From Bacteroidota bacterium (GTDB lineage Bacteria; Bacteroidota; Bacteroidia; Bacteroidales; B39-G9): a stretch of DNA of 40,897 nt. The notes beneath the pieces were generated by a model that ran no database searches, was not told the DNA's origin, and saw only the letters and a list, made by a program, of their open reading frames with translations. The translations under genes and the position numbers were made by a program. This document shows positions 23,969 through 33,896 of this stretch, piece by piece. The DNA lies in assembly GCA_030592465.1 (NCBI GenBank), contig JAUVJB010000002.1, positions 1-40,897 on the forward strand, written 5' to 3'. Within the stretch, counting starts at the first letter, position 1; each line of letters opens with the position of its first letter.

Positions 23969-25105
23969 TTATTTAACTAATAACCTTTTGCTAAAACTCT
24001 TGTTTGATGATGATACACTAATAATATGATAGCCTACTGAGTTAAAAATACCTGCATCAAGACTTAAAGCTAATGAGCCATCAAAACCTGAATAAGCTTT
24101 ATTATAATATTCTACTTTGCCAAAAATATTAATAACTTTAACAGTAACAGCTTCATCTGAATTAAAACCATTAATCTTTACATTAACATTTTGCGAATTC
24201 TTTAAAACAGGATTTGGATATACATTCATATCCTGAGATATTGCTTTTTTTTGATTTTTTACTGAAACCAATGAAGAATATTCAAATTTACCGTCATAAT
24301 CGGTTTGTTTTAGTCTGTAGTAAGATGTTCCTTCTAATGGATTATTGTCAATAGTTTCATAGTTTAAAATATCGTTGCTGTTTCCTGCACCGTTAACAAT
24401 ATTAAGTATTTCAAAATTAACTCCATCAGTTGACCTTTCGATTGTAAAATAATCATTGTTTATTTCTGATGCTGTGCTCCAATCCAATACAACATGGTTA
24501 TTATCAAAAGTAGCATTAAAAGAAAGCAATTCAATGGGCAATGTTGAATTAACAACCGTACCAGGGTCTGAACCATCTGGTATATCAACTGTGCCATCTA
24601 CAGTTATTGAACCTATTCCTGTAATTGAGCCTGAAGCTAATGTAAAATCACCGGCAACAGCAATAGCACCGTCAACATTTAAAGTTACATTTGGCGCTCC
24701 TTCAAAACTACCGCCAATATTTATTTCTCCATTTAATTGTACGTTTAAGCCACTGTTATTTTTCATATACACACCATTAGTAACATTTAAAACACCATCA
24801 ACATATAATTTTGCATTATTCAAAATTGAAATACTATCAACAGTTAAAGTATCACCAGAGCTGATAAATAAAATACTATTTTGATTAAATATTAAAACAC
24901 CTCCTCCTGTGAGACTGGCATCAATATCGACCCAAACACTATCATTGTTTGCTATATCAGCATTATCGCTAATACTACTTGGATAAGTTGCAACACCCCA
25001 AGTTGCAGAATCTGTCCAACTACCATTACCTGCAGTTGTATAATCAGTTGAGTAAGCTTTTAAGCTAACAATAAAGAAAAATAATATGTAAAAAGTTTTT
25101 TTCAT
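23969..25105 (-). CDS. Secreted repeat/beta-helix-like protein with a T9SS C-terminal sorting domain
   Basis: Signal peptide MKKTFYILFFFIVSLKAYS. G/N/V-rich repeats. Conserved LPIELLSFNA...DWST..E.NNDYFTIERS.DG..F...YRLKQTDYDGK module. C-terminal Por/T9SS tail (NVYPNPV...VKVINIFGK...RLLVK). Confidence 0.85.
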   Translation of the reverse strand: MKKTFYILFFFIVSLKAYSTDYTTAGNGSWTDSATWGVATYPSSISDNADIANNDSVWVDIDASLTGGGVLIFNQNSILFISSGDTLTVDSISILNNAKLYVDGVLNVTNGVYMKNNSGLNVQLNGEINIGGSFEGAPNVTLNVDGAIAVAGDFTLASGSITGIGSITVDGTVDIPDGSDPGTVVNSTLPIELLSFNATFDNNHVVLDWSTASEINNDYFTIERSTDGVNFEILNIVNGAGNSNDILNYETIDNNPLEGTSYYRLKQTDYDGKFEYSSLVSVKNQKKAISQDMNVYPNPVLKNSQNVNVKINGFNSDEAVTVKVINIFGKVEYYNKAYSGFDGSLALSLDAGIFNSVGYHIISVSSSNKSFSKRLLVK

Positions 25106-25288
25106 GATTTCTATGTTTTATATAAATATACGCCGTGCAATATCAATAGTTAGATATTATTAACTAAACGACATTTTCCATTGATGAAACAATATTTTTT
25201 AATGACAAAAATATCTCGTAAAAATAACTCTTTTAATTAATCAAAAAAATATATAATTTTATTTGTGAAAGATAAATTGTTTTTCGTG

Positions 25289-27178
25289 TTAATATGCTCT
25301 AATATTTTTACCTTCAATATAATTAATAAATGCTGTATTTACAACCTTGTTTCCGCCAGGAGTGGGGTAATCGCCTGTAAAATACCAATCGCCTAAATCA
25401 TTTGGGCATGCTTTGTGAAGTTTTTCCACAGTTTGATAAATTATTTTGACACCTGCCTTAATATCATTTGGTTTAAGTAATTGACTAATTTTGTTTGAAA
25501 TTTCCTCGTCTGAAAATGGCTCATAAATCTCTTTAACGTAATTAACTATTTGCTCTTTAGGTAAATTTTGTTGGTTTTTTGATTTTTTATAAACCTCGTT
25601 AATAATGTTTTCTTTACCTGTTTCTTTCAGCAACTCAATAACTGCATTAAAAGCAACAAAATCGCTCAATTTTGCCATATCTATGCCATAACAATCAGGA
25701 TAGCGAATTTGGGGTGCAGAAGAAACAATAATAATTTGTTTTGGACCTAACCTGTCTAAAATTTTTAAAATACTTTGTTTCAGAGTTGTTCCTCTAACAA
25801 TAGAATCGTCAATAACAACCATGCTGTCAACATCTCTTTCTATAGTACCATAGGTAACATCGTAAACATGTTCAACTATATCGTTTCTGCCTTTATCTTC
25901 AGAAATAAAAGTTCTTAACTTAACATCTTTAACAGCAATTTTCTCGACTCTTAATTTTAACGAGACAATTTCATCTAATTGTTTATCAGTTATCTCATTG
26001 CCTAATTCAGATAATATTCTTTTTTTCTCTTTAACAAATAGATTATCCATACCTTCCATCATTCCATAAAAAGATGTTTCGGCAGTATTAGGTATAAATG
26101 AAAAAACAGTGTTTTTAATATCTTTTAATAAAGCATCATATATTACCGGAGCTAATAATTCTCCGAGTTTTTTTCTTTCTTTATAAATATCAATATCGCT
26201 GCCGCGAGAAAAATAAATACGCTCAAATGAACAAGACTTTCTTTCTTTAGGTTCTCTGATTTTTTCCTCGGTAATATATCCTTGTTTTTTTATTATTAAA
26301 GCATAACCGGGTTTAATTTCTTTTATTGATTTAAGAGGTACATTTAAGACTGTTTGAATAGCAGCTCTTTCAGAAGCAGCAACTACAATTTCATCATCGT
26401 GATAATAAAAGGCAGGACGTATGCCATTTGGGTCTCTGTTGACAAAAGCATCACCATGACCTATGAGTCCTGCAATAACATATCCACCGTCCCACTTTTC
26501 GCTTGCTTCATGTAACAAATGTTGTACATCAAGATGTTTAGCTATGAGTTTTGAAATTTCTTTATTTTGATAACCTTGTTTTTTAAACTTATTAAAAGTT
26601 ATTTGGTTCTCTTCATCTAAGAAATGACCCAATTTTTCAAGTATTGTAACTGTATCTGAATAATCTTTTGGATACTGCCCCAAATCTATTAATGTTTGGA
26701 ATAGCTCATCAACATTAGTTAAATTAAAATTACCTGCAATAACTAAATTCCTAGATTTCCAATTATTTTCACGCATCACGGGGTGCACATTATCAATATT
26801 ATTTCGACCAAAAGTGCCATATCTCAAATGACCTAAATACAACTCGCCGGCAAATGGCAAATTTTGCTTTGACCAATTAGCATCTTTGGATAGTTTTGGA
26901 TTTTTTAAAATACCGGAATTTATTTGTTCAAACACCTTAACAATAGGCATTGAAGCATTTGACCGGGCTCTAAAAATATATTTATTACCCGGTTCTAAGT
27001 CAAACTTAACACAAGCCACACCGGCACCGTCTTGCCCTCTGTTTCGTTGTTTCTCCATAAGCAGGTATAACTTTTGCAAGCCATATTGCCATGTACCATA
27101 TTTGAATTGATAATATTCAAGAGGTTTCAATAATCTTACTAAAGCTATGCCACATTCGTGTTTTATTTGTTCGCTCAT
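25289..27178 (-). CDS. purF: Amidophosphoribosyltransferase (long Bacteroidota form)
   Basis: Class II glutamine amidotransferase N-terminus (KHECGIALV) and PRPP-binding loop MVVIDDSIVRGTT. 629 aa. Confidence 0.9.
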   Translation of the reverse strand: MSEQIKHECGIALVRLLKPLEYYQFKYGTWQYGLQKLYLLMEKQRNRGQDGAGVACVKFDLEPGNKYIFRARSNASMPIVKVFEQINSGILKNPKLSKDANWSKQNLPFAGELYLGHLRYGTFGRNNIDNVHPVMRENNWKSRNLVIAGNFNLTNVDELFQTLIDLGQYPKDYSDTVTILEKLGHFLDEENQITFNKFKKQGYQNKEISKLIAKHLDVQHLLHEASEKWDGGYVIAGLIGHGDAFVNRDPNGIRPAFYYHDDEIVVAASERAAIQTVLNVPLKSIKEIKPGYALIIKKQGYITEEKIREPKERKSCSFERIYFSRGSDIDIYKERKKLGELLAPVIYDALLKDIKNTVFSFIPNTAETSFYGMMEGMDNLFVKEKKRILSELGNEITDKQLDEIVSLKLRVEKIAVKDVKLRTFISEDKGRNDIVEHVYDVTYGTIERDVDSMVVIDDSIVRGTTLKQSILKILDRLGPKQIIIVSSAPQIRYPDCYGIDMAKLSDFVAFNAVIELLKETGKENIINEVYKKSKNQQNLPKEQIVNYVKEIYEPFSDEEISNKISQLLKPNDIKAGVKIIYQTVEKLHKACPNDLGDWYFTGDYPTPGGNKVVNTAFINYIEGKNIRAY

Positions 27179-27276
27179 CTTAATATACTAATTTAAAGAC
27201 ATATAACTCGCTTTTCGGATTACAAATCCGAAAGAGCAGTGTAATATTTAGCAATTGTTTGAAAAAACGCATTAAA

Positions 27277-27750
27277 TTAAAGTTTCGGGTATTTAATAAT
27301 AGACTTTACTATGTATGAATTAGGAAATTGTATTGCAACTTGTTTATAAAATTTTAAAGCTTCTTCTTTTGTTCTATAATCACCAACACGAATTTTAAAG
27401 AAAGGTGGCTGATAAAGCGGATAAATTAAATTATAATCAAAATCGGGATATATAGAAATAAACTGCGACCGCATTTTATTGGCAGATTCTCTTGCTTGTT
27501 GTCCTGATGCTGAAAAAATTTGTATTCTATACCCTTTAATTCCTCTCTGTTTTGAATGAATGGAAATAAATTTATTTACCAAAAATTTTATTGATTGTGA
27601 TTGATAAATATTAATCTGTCCTGTTTGCGGATTATTCTGCTGAATATATTCAAAAAAAGAAGAATCGTCATTATTATAAGTTTGTTGGGCAGTTACAACA
27701 GTTGAATTATAAATAAGAATTATTAATAGTAATAAAAAAAAATTTCTCAT
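27277..27750 (-). CDS. SPOR domain-containing protein
   Basis: Signal peptide plus a C-terminal SPOR-like block GYRIQIFSASGQQARESANKMRSQF...FKIRVGDYRTKEEALKF. Confidence 0.7.
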   Translation of the reverse strand: MRNFFLLLLIILIYNSTVVTAQQTYNNDDSSFFEYIQQNNPQTGQINIYQSQSIKFLVNKFISIHSKQRGIKGYRIQIFSASGQQARESANKMRSQFISIYPDFDYNLIYPLYQPPFFKIRVGDYRTKEEALKFYKQVAIQFPNSYIVKSIIKYPKL

Positions 27751-27752
27751 TT

Positions 27753-28580
27753 TTAAACCGGATTAAATGAAATTACAGGAATAGGTGAGTGATTAACCAT
27801 TTGCTGTGCATACGTGCCTATAATAAAATTCTTTGCACTTTCTGGTTGTTCAGTCATTATTGCAATAAGATCTGCATCAATCCCCACAGCAAAATTAATA
27901 ACCGTTTCTGTTAAATTTTCTCCAACAAAAGATTCTCTATAACATTTTACATTTTTCTTGTTAATATAATCAGAAACTTGATCCGAATATTTATTAAGTT
28001 TCTCAATAATAGATTTTTTTTCGGAAGAATGAATATCTACGAGATATATTTCAGCCCCAAAGGCTTGTGCTATTTCTGTTACAAAAGGGACTTTTTGTCG
28101 TGTCACTTTTGATGTATCAAGAGGAAGAACAATTTTTTTTAAACCATTTTTTTCAAATCCGAAACGAATAGTAACAACCGGGCATGCAGAATTAACCACA
28201 ACACGAAACGCATTACTCCCAACCCACCTTGCCTCAAAGCCTGACATTCCATGAGTACCCATTATTATCATTAAGGCGTCACCATATTTTGCCTGATTAA
28301 TAATTTCAGCATAAACTTTACCTTCACGAATTTTATAATCAAAACTAGCATGCAGCTTTTCTTTATATTTATTGATAATTAATTCAAAATAATCATCAAT
28401 TGAATTACTTAAAATTTTAGAATAATCATTAAAGTCAATTGTACCATTATAGACAGCATTTTTTTTCGTAACGTGGATAAGCCTGATATTTGCATTAAGC
28501 ATATTTGCATACTCAATAGCATTTTCTAAAGCATGAACAGAATCGCCGGAGAAATCAATAGGTACAAGTATATGTCTCAT
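27753..28580 (-). CDS. Tandem universal stress protein (UspA family)
   Basis: 275 aa with two USP-like halves (ILVPIDFS...IIMGTHGMSGF and IVLPLDTS...LIAIMTE). Confidence 0.8.
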   Translation of the reverse strand: MRHILVPIDFSGDSVHALENAIEYANMLNANIRLIHVTKKNAVYNGTIDFNDYSKILSNSIDDYFELIINKYKEKLHASFDYKIREGKVYAEIINQAKYGDALMIIMGTHGMSGFEARWVGSNAFRVVVNSACPVVTIRFGFEKNGLKKIVLPLDTSKVTRQKVPFVTEIAQAFGAEIYLVDIHSSEKKSIIEKLNKYSDQVSDYINKKNVKCYRESFVGENLTETVINFAVGIDADLIAIMTEQPESAKNFIIGTYAQQMVNHSPIPVISFNPV

Positions 28581-28621
28581 TAGTCCTGATTTAAAAAATT
28601 TAATAATAAATATATTTGTAA

Positions 28622-28883
28622 GCGTTCACACATTGCTTTAAATTATTATACTAAAAATGGTTAAAACTTGTCCGACTGCCGGCGGATTGTTGAGCTTTAG
28701 CGAAATCCCAATCCATCGGGATTAAGATATAAGGGGAATTATTATAACAATCAGTCAAAAGTCAGTCCGTCAGCTGACGGATAAACTCTAACAAGTTTTA
28801 ACTATCTAACCCTGATACGCTCATACTTCGCTACAGGACAGACAATTCAGCTATCCGCCAGCTGGCGGACTGTGAACGGTTAC
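28622..28883. repeat. Mosaic palindromic element E3 containing nested element Y (28660-28802)
   Basis: Left module 28623-28663. Outer inverted repeat gttaaaacttg (28660-28670) / caagttttaac (28792-28802). Hairpins at 28671-28686 and 28766-28781. Small hairpin aatccc...gggatt at 28704-28723. Block 28721-28748 matches 9997-10024 at 26 of 28 positions. The right-module 35-mer 28849-28883 equals 10132-10166 with 1 mismatch. Confidence 0.9.
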
Positions 28884-28954
28884 TTATATTTTGAATAATT
28901 AAAAATAATAAAATTTAAATTAATAAAAAAATTAATTTAAATAGGGACTTTTTT

Positions 28955-28985
28955 ACTAAAAAAAAGAGGAACAATAAGTTCCTCT
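28955..28985 (-). terminator. Intrinsic terminator downstream of the exbBD operon
   Basis: Stem agaggaac (28965-28972) / gttcctct (28978-28985) with loop aataa. It is followed on the minus strand by a T-run (plus-strand A-run 28958-28964). Confidence 0.8.
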
Positions 28986-29002
28986 AAATATATTAATAAA
29001 AA

Positions 29003-29473
29003 CTATTCGGACGATAACATTCGTGTAGAATAATTTATTTTAAGAGCATTGCATTTTCTGAGTGCTTGTTTAATATCAGTAACAACCCCCATTTTTGTAT
29101 ATTCATCTACTTTTAACGATGTAGTCATATAAGGTACTTCTTTCTCATCACGAGCTTCTCTTTCGCTGGTAATATAATCGCGAATATCATTAGTAGTTGC
29201 AAAAGCATCGTTCAACTGAATACGAGGTTCAGTACCAAAGATTTTTTGATATTGTTGCAAAGGAGAGCCTACATAAATATAGCTAACCAAAGATTTTTTT
29301 TCCAATTTTTGTATCTCACTCGCTGCAGGAACATGAACTCTAATTTTCAGATCTTGTTGCCTCATTGTTGTACTAACCATAAAAAAGAACAATAACATAA
29401 AAACTATATCAGGTAAAGATGCCGTTGATATTGGTGGTGTTCCTTTATCTTTCTTTGTTCTAAATTTTGACAT
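29003..29473 (-). CDS. exbD: Biopolymer transport protein ExbD/TolR
   Basis: 156 aa. The N-terminal TM motif LPDIVFMLLFFFMVST is typical of ExbD. Confidence 0.85.
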   Translation of the reverse strand: MSKFRTKKDKGTPPISTASLPDIVFMLLFFFMVSTTMRQQDLKIRVHVPAASEIQKLEKKSLVSYIYVGSPLQQYQKIFGTEPRIQLNDAFATTNDIRDYITSEREARDEKEVPYMTTSLKVDEYTKMGVVTDIKQALRKCNALKINYSTRMLSSE

Positions 29474-29475
29474 AA

Positions 29476-30066
29476 TTATTTACCTCCTCCTACATTTTTA
29501 GGTTCTGCCTCAGAAATTCGCTGAGGAAATACCTTTTTAATTAATTTTTGTTTACTTTCGCTTAACTCCTTATACTTTTCGCCAAAAGTTCTCATAGCCA
29601 ACCCATTACGCAACTCATTATATGCAGCTGCTAATTCATTTTGAACTTGTATATAAGTTCCGTATGATGTGCCTCTATCATTTTGTAAAGAAATTACACC
29701 TTTTGAAACAAAATATGTGTGTCCAAAATATTTCCCGTCAATATCAGTTATTTTTTTCTCAGGCAACTTTGGATTATTTGCCGGATTATCAATAAATTCC
29801 TTAGCCTTGTCTTTCAATAGACGTACATCCATAGGTTCACCTTCAACCAACAATTGATTATTTTTATTAATAAGAACAACGAAAACATTTCTTTCTTTAA
29901 TCTTATCATTAGATTTTTCTTGATCTTTTTCAGGCATTGGAGGCAACTTTCGAGATATTCCGGAATCTGTATCCATAGTTGTTGTAACAAGGAAAAATAT
30001 TAAAAGCAAAAAAGCAATATCTGCCATTGATCCCGCATTAAATCCTCCCATTTTTTGTCTTGCCAT
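29476..30066 (-). CDS. exbD: Biopolymer transport protein ExbD/TolR (longer paralog)
   Basis: 196 aa. N-terminal motif SMADIAFLLLIFFLVTT. Adjacent to the second exbD and to exbB. Confidence 0.85.
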   Translation of the reverse strand: MARQKMGGFNAGSMADIAFLLLIFFLVTTTMDTDSGISRKLPPMPEKDQEKSNDKIKERNVFVVLINKNNQLLVEGEPMDVRLLKDKAKEFIDNPANNPKLPEKKITDIDGKYFGHTYFVSKGVISLQNDRGTSYGTYIQVQNELAAAYNELRNGLAMRTFGEKYKELSESKQKLIKKVFPQRISEAEPKNVGGGK

Positions 30067-30123
30067 AACTTACGAATTAAAAAGTTAAAAATTCCGTTGA
30101 AAATTTTCAACGGAAAATAAATA

Positions 30124-30537
30124 CTATCTGAATGCAGAACTTACTTCTGAATAAATAACACTTAAAAATGCTAATATTCCGCAAATATACATCATATATA
30201 AACCTGTACCTACAAATCGAGATACACCGGCTGTAATATTAAACGCATCAGATCCAAAAAAATGTGGGATACTTGATGATGCCAGTAAATATGATATAAA
30301 CAATAAAACTCCTACAATTAAAAGATAGATAAGACTATTTTTTGCATTTTCTTTACTTTGAAATATATTAATAATTGAAAATATCAAAGCAATAGATGCA
30401 GCTAATCCCAGTAATATATATGCCCATATAATAAAAGGATTCTCTGTTATTACATTTGTATAAAAGAAAATGCCTAATATTGCACATACACCCAATAAGA
30501 TATATGAAATAATAGAAACAATTTTACTGATAGACAT
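30124..30537 (-). CDS. Hypothetical 4-TM membrane protein inside the exbB-exbD operon
   Basis: 137 aa and almost entirely hydrophobic helices. It is tightly packed between exbB (2-nt gap) and exbD. Confidence 0.6.
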   Translation of the reverse strand: MSISKIVSIISYILLGVCAILGIFFYTNVITENPFIIWAYILLGLAASIALIFSIINIFQSKENAKNSLIYLLIVGVLLFISYLLASSSIPHFFGSDAFNITAGVSRFVGTGLYMMYICGILAFLSVIYSEVSSAFR

Positions 30538-30539
30538 AA

Positions 30540-31391
30540 TTATTTATTTTTAAGATTATATTTTGTTAAAATATCAATTAATGATATTGATGCATCTTCC
30601 ATTGAATTAACAATGCCATCAATTTTAGATACAATATAGTTATAGAAAACCTGAAGAATCATAGCAACAATTAAACCGAATAATGTAGTAATCAAAGCAA
30701 CACTAATACCACCTGCAACTAATGCCGGAGAAATATCACCTGCCGCTTTAATAGTATCAAAAGCTTGAATCATTCCAATAACAGTTCCCATAAAACCTAA
30801 CATAGGAGCAAGAGAAATAAATAATGAAATCCAAGTTAAGCCTTTTTCCATTAAACCTGCTTGAACACTACCATAAGAAACAATAGATTTTTCAACAACA
30901 TCAAGACCTTCATGTGCTCTATCTAAACCTTGATAAAAAATACTTGCAACAGGTCCTCTTGTGTTTCTACATACTTCTTTTGCGGCTTCAACACCACCTT
31001 CGTCTAATGCACTTTCAACACCGGTTAATAATTTTTTGGTGTTTGTTGTTGCCAGATTTAAATAAATAATTCTTTCAATAGCTAAAGCTAAACCAAATAT
31101 TAAACAAAGTAATACAATAGCCATGAAACCTGCACCACCTTCAATAAATTTTTGTTTAAGTATTTGGTGTAAACTTTTACCTTGTACTTCTTCAACTTGT
31201 TCTTCTACTGCTGTTGAATCTGTTTGTTCTACTGCTGCAGAATCTTGAGCAACGGCTGTTGTGTCAGTTTGTTCTACTGCTGCTGTGTCTTGTGCATCAG
31301 TTTGAGTTGCTTCTTCTTGTGCAAATACTAAATTTGACGCTCCAAATGTAAGCAAACTAAAAATAGTAAATAATGCAAATAGTTTTTTCAT
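30540..31391 (-). CDS. exbB: MotA/TolQ/ExbB proton-channel protein with signal peptide and acidic repeat N-terminal extension
   Basis: C-terminal channel block LAPMLGFMGTVIGMIQAF...GGISVALITTLFGLIVA. The ORF-track start at 31424 is TTG. The ATG at 31391 gives a clean signal peptide MKKLFALFTIFSLLTFGASNLVFAQ. Confidence 0.9.
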   Translation of the reverse strand: MKKLFALFTIFSLLTFGASNLVFAQEEATQTDAQDTAAVEQTDTTAVAQDSAAVEQTDSTAVEEQVEEVQGKSLHQILKQKFIEGGAGFMAIVLLCLIFGLALAIERIIYLNLATTNTKKLLTGVESALDEGGVEAAKEVCRNTRGPVASIFYQGLDRAHEGLDVVEKSIVSYGSVQAGLMEKGLTWISLFISLAPMLGFMGTVIGMIQAFDTIKAAGDISPALVAGGISVALITTLFGLIVAMILQVFYNYIVSKIDGIVNSMEDASISLIDILTKYNLKNK

Positions 31392-31625
31392 GATCTGTTT
31401 TTTTAATTTTTTAATTAAGAACAAAAATATACAATTTTAATTATAATACAAATTTTTTGCTTTGAAAGAAATTATTACCGGTTTAAATAAAATAAAGAAT
31501 CTGTTATTTTCAGACATTTCCATTAAACAATAAATATTTTTCTTTACTCACAAAAACTTACAAATATTTGCCAACAAAATACAAAAAAAATTAAATAAAA
31601 AAATAATTTATTAAATATTTATTTC

Positions 31626-32645
31626 TCATCTTATTGATTTGTTAAGATTTTTTTTGATTTCTTCGTTGTTTAATCCTTGTCCTAAAAGGAACATAAGCTT
31701 TGTGATTGCTGCCTCTGTTGTAATATCGTATCCACTTATTACTCCGTAATTTAACAATTCGAGACTCGTTTCATATTTTCCCATGTCAACACTTCCTGCA
31801 CTACATTGAGTAACATTTAAGATAATAATCCTCCTTTTTATTGCTTTTTCAATCTCATCGAGAAACCACTCCTGAGTTGGTGCATTTCCCGATCCAAATG
31901 TTTCAAGAACTACAGCCTTTAAATCTTTTATATTAAAAAATGAAGCAACAACATTTCTATTAATTCCGGGAAAAATTTTCAGAACTGCAACATTAGAATC
32001 TAATTTTGTATAAATATCAAATTCTCGTTTTACGGTTGGATAATGGATAACCGAATAGTTATATTTAATATGTATCCCTGCCTTAGCCAAAGCAGGATAA
32101 TTATCAGATGTGAAAGCATTAAAATACTCGGCATTATATTTTATGGTGCGGTTTCCTCTATATAATTTATTTTCAAAATAAATACATACTTCGGGTACTA
32201 AAGGCTGACTGTTTTGTTGTGCGGCTGCAATTTCAACTGATGTTATTAAATTTTCTTTACCATCGGTACGTAATGTTCCTATTGGTAATTGTGAGCCGGT
32301 AAAAATAACCGGTTTTGACAAATTTTTGAGCATAAAACTTACTGCTGATGCTGTATATGACATAGTATCAGTACCATGTAAGACTACAAACCCATTGTAT
32401 TTATCATAATTTTCTTTAATTATTTTTACAAGTTTTATCCAAAACGCAGGATTAATATTTGACGAATCAATAATTGGGTCAAATGTTATTGTATTTAACC
32501 GATATCCGAACTTATTTAATTCAGGTACTTGTTTTAATATATGGTCAAAATCAAAAGGGCTTAGCGAACCTGTTTTTGGATTTTTTACCATCCCGATTGT
32601 TCCACCTGTGTATATTATTAATATTGAAATATTTTCTGATTCCAT
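31626..32645 (-). CDS. ansA: Type I L-asparaginase
   Basis: Motifs ILIIYTGGTIGM and VVLHGTDTM. 339 aa. Confidence 0.9.
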   Translation of the reverse strand: MESENISILIIYTGGTIGMVKNPKTGSLSPFDFDHILKQVPELNKFGYRLNTITFDPIIDSSNINPAFWIKLVKIIKENYDKYNGFVVLHGTDTMSYTASAVSFMLKNLSKPVIFTGSQLPIGTLRTDGKENLITSVEIAAAQQNSQPLVPEVCIYFENKLYRGNRTIKYNAEYFNAFTSDNYPALAKAGIHIKYNYSVIHYPTVKREFDIYTKLDSNVAVLKIFPGINRNVVASFFNIKDLKAVVLETFGSGNAPTQEWFLDEIEKAIKRRIIILNVTQCSAGSVDMGKYETSLELLNYGVISGYDITTEAAITKLMFLLGQGLNNEEIKKNLNKSIR

Positions 32646-32703
32646 TTTTCAAATAAAAATTATATTATTATATTTCCTTAAATCCACAAATTAAAATATA
32701 ATC

Positions 32704-32778
32704 GCCACTAATTCACGAATTTAGAACGAATTAATTTAATCAGTCTGTGTGAATTAATATTCGTTTTTAATTCGTGGC
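32704..32778. repeat. Imperfect palindrome of cacgaatt-type words in the ansA-tatD spacer
   Basis: Left arm gccactaattcacgaatttagaacgaattaatt (32704-32736) and right arm gaattaatattcgtttttaattcgtggc (32751-32778). The ends gccac / gtggc and the inner aacgaat..taatt pair. Confidence 0.7.
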
Positions 32779-32799
32779 ATACAAAAAAAATTTACAGAT

Positions 32800-33576
32800 T
32801 TACGGTATTTTAATATTAAAAATTTCTTTTGCATTTTGAGTAGTTTCTTCAGCTACTTTATTAATAGTTACATTTTGCAATTGAGCAATTTTTTCAGCTA
32901 TATAAATTATATTGGCACTTTCGTTTCGTTTTCCGCGTTTTGGTGCAGGTGATAAATATGGCGAATCTGTTTCTAATATAATATTTTTTAAATCAATTTT
33001 TTGCACAACATTGTCAAGTCCCGAATTTTTAAATGTTACAATTCCGCCTATCCCTAATTTAAAACCCAACGATATTATTTTTTCTGCTTGTTCAATATCT
33101 CCCGTAAAACAATGAAAGACACCTCGCAACTTACTATTTTTATAATTTTTAACAATATCATAAATCATTTCAAAAGAATTACGTGCATGAATAACAACAG
33201 GTAAATCGTGTTTAATTGCTAATTCAATTTGTTTTTCGAAAGCATCTATTTGTTGATTTTTAAATGTCTTATCCCAATATAAATCAATACCTGTTTCACC
33301 TATTGCATAAAATTTTTCTTTTTTTAACCATAACTCTACATTTTCTAACTCTTCTAAATAATTGCTTTTAACCGATGTCGGGTGTAAACCTATCATTGGA
33401 AAAAAATTATAGGGATAATCTTTTACAAGTTTCAATAACGGAACAACAGAGCTGCTGTCAATATTCGGTAATAAAATTTTAGTAACATTATTATTAAATG
33501 CGTTTTTTATTACCTGTTCTCTGTCGTTATCAAATTCATTGAGATAAATATGTGAATGTGTGTCAACTAATATCAT
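32800..33576 (-). CDS. tatD: TatD-family metal-dependent hydrolase/DNase
   Basis: Motifs ILVDTHSHIY, GETGIDLYW, HCFTG and ETDSPYL. Confidence 0.9.
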   Translation of the reverse strand: MILVDTHSHIYLNEFDNDREQVIKNAFNNNVTKILLPNIDSSSVVPLLKLVKDYPYNFFPMIGLHPTSVKSNYLEELENVELWLKKEKFYAIGETGIDLYWDKTFKNQQIDAFEKQIELAIKHDLPVVIHARNSFEMIYDIVKNYKNSKLRGVFHCFTGDIEQAEKIISLGFKLGIGGIVTFKNSGLDNVVQKIDLKNIILETDSPYLSPAPKRGKRNESANIIYIAEKIAQLQNVTINKVAEETTQNAKEIFNIKIP

Positions 33577-33744
33577 ATATAGTATTTGTAAGAAAACTTT
33601 AAAAATCCCATAGAATCGGGATTATTGCAATACAGTTTATTTTATAAATTGAATATATTGCTAAATTGTTCTATTGTTAAATTGTTATTGTTAAGATTTA
33701 ATGACAATTATTATAACAATTTAACAATCCGCCAACCTGCAGAT
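33577..33744. repeat. Mosaic element E4 (partial) upstream of tatD
   Basis: 33577-33598 matches 12582-12603. Small hairpin aatccc...gggatt is at 33604-33623. The 22-mer at 33673-33694 is identical to 12559-12580. gacaattattataac (33703-33717) matches the E1/E3 block. A degenerate hairpin atccgccaacctgcagat is at 33727-33744. Confidence 0.8.
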
Positions 33745-33896
33745 AATAAATTTCCTTCTATTTTAAATATAGTACACGTTACAGAATTTTCGTACAAAAA
33801 CTAAATAGATAAAAACACAGCTCCTTTAATTTCAAAATAAATTATAGAATACTGATTGTTTATGACTTGTTATAATTTTTTTTGCAAATATAAAGA

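Noticed and set aside
9929-28883. The recurring tccgccagctggcgga-type hairpins as a possible CRISPR array
   Set aside because: The copies are kilobases apart in separate intergenic regions and are not separated by uniform short spacers. They vary in flanking modules, and no cas genes are present.
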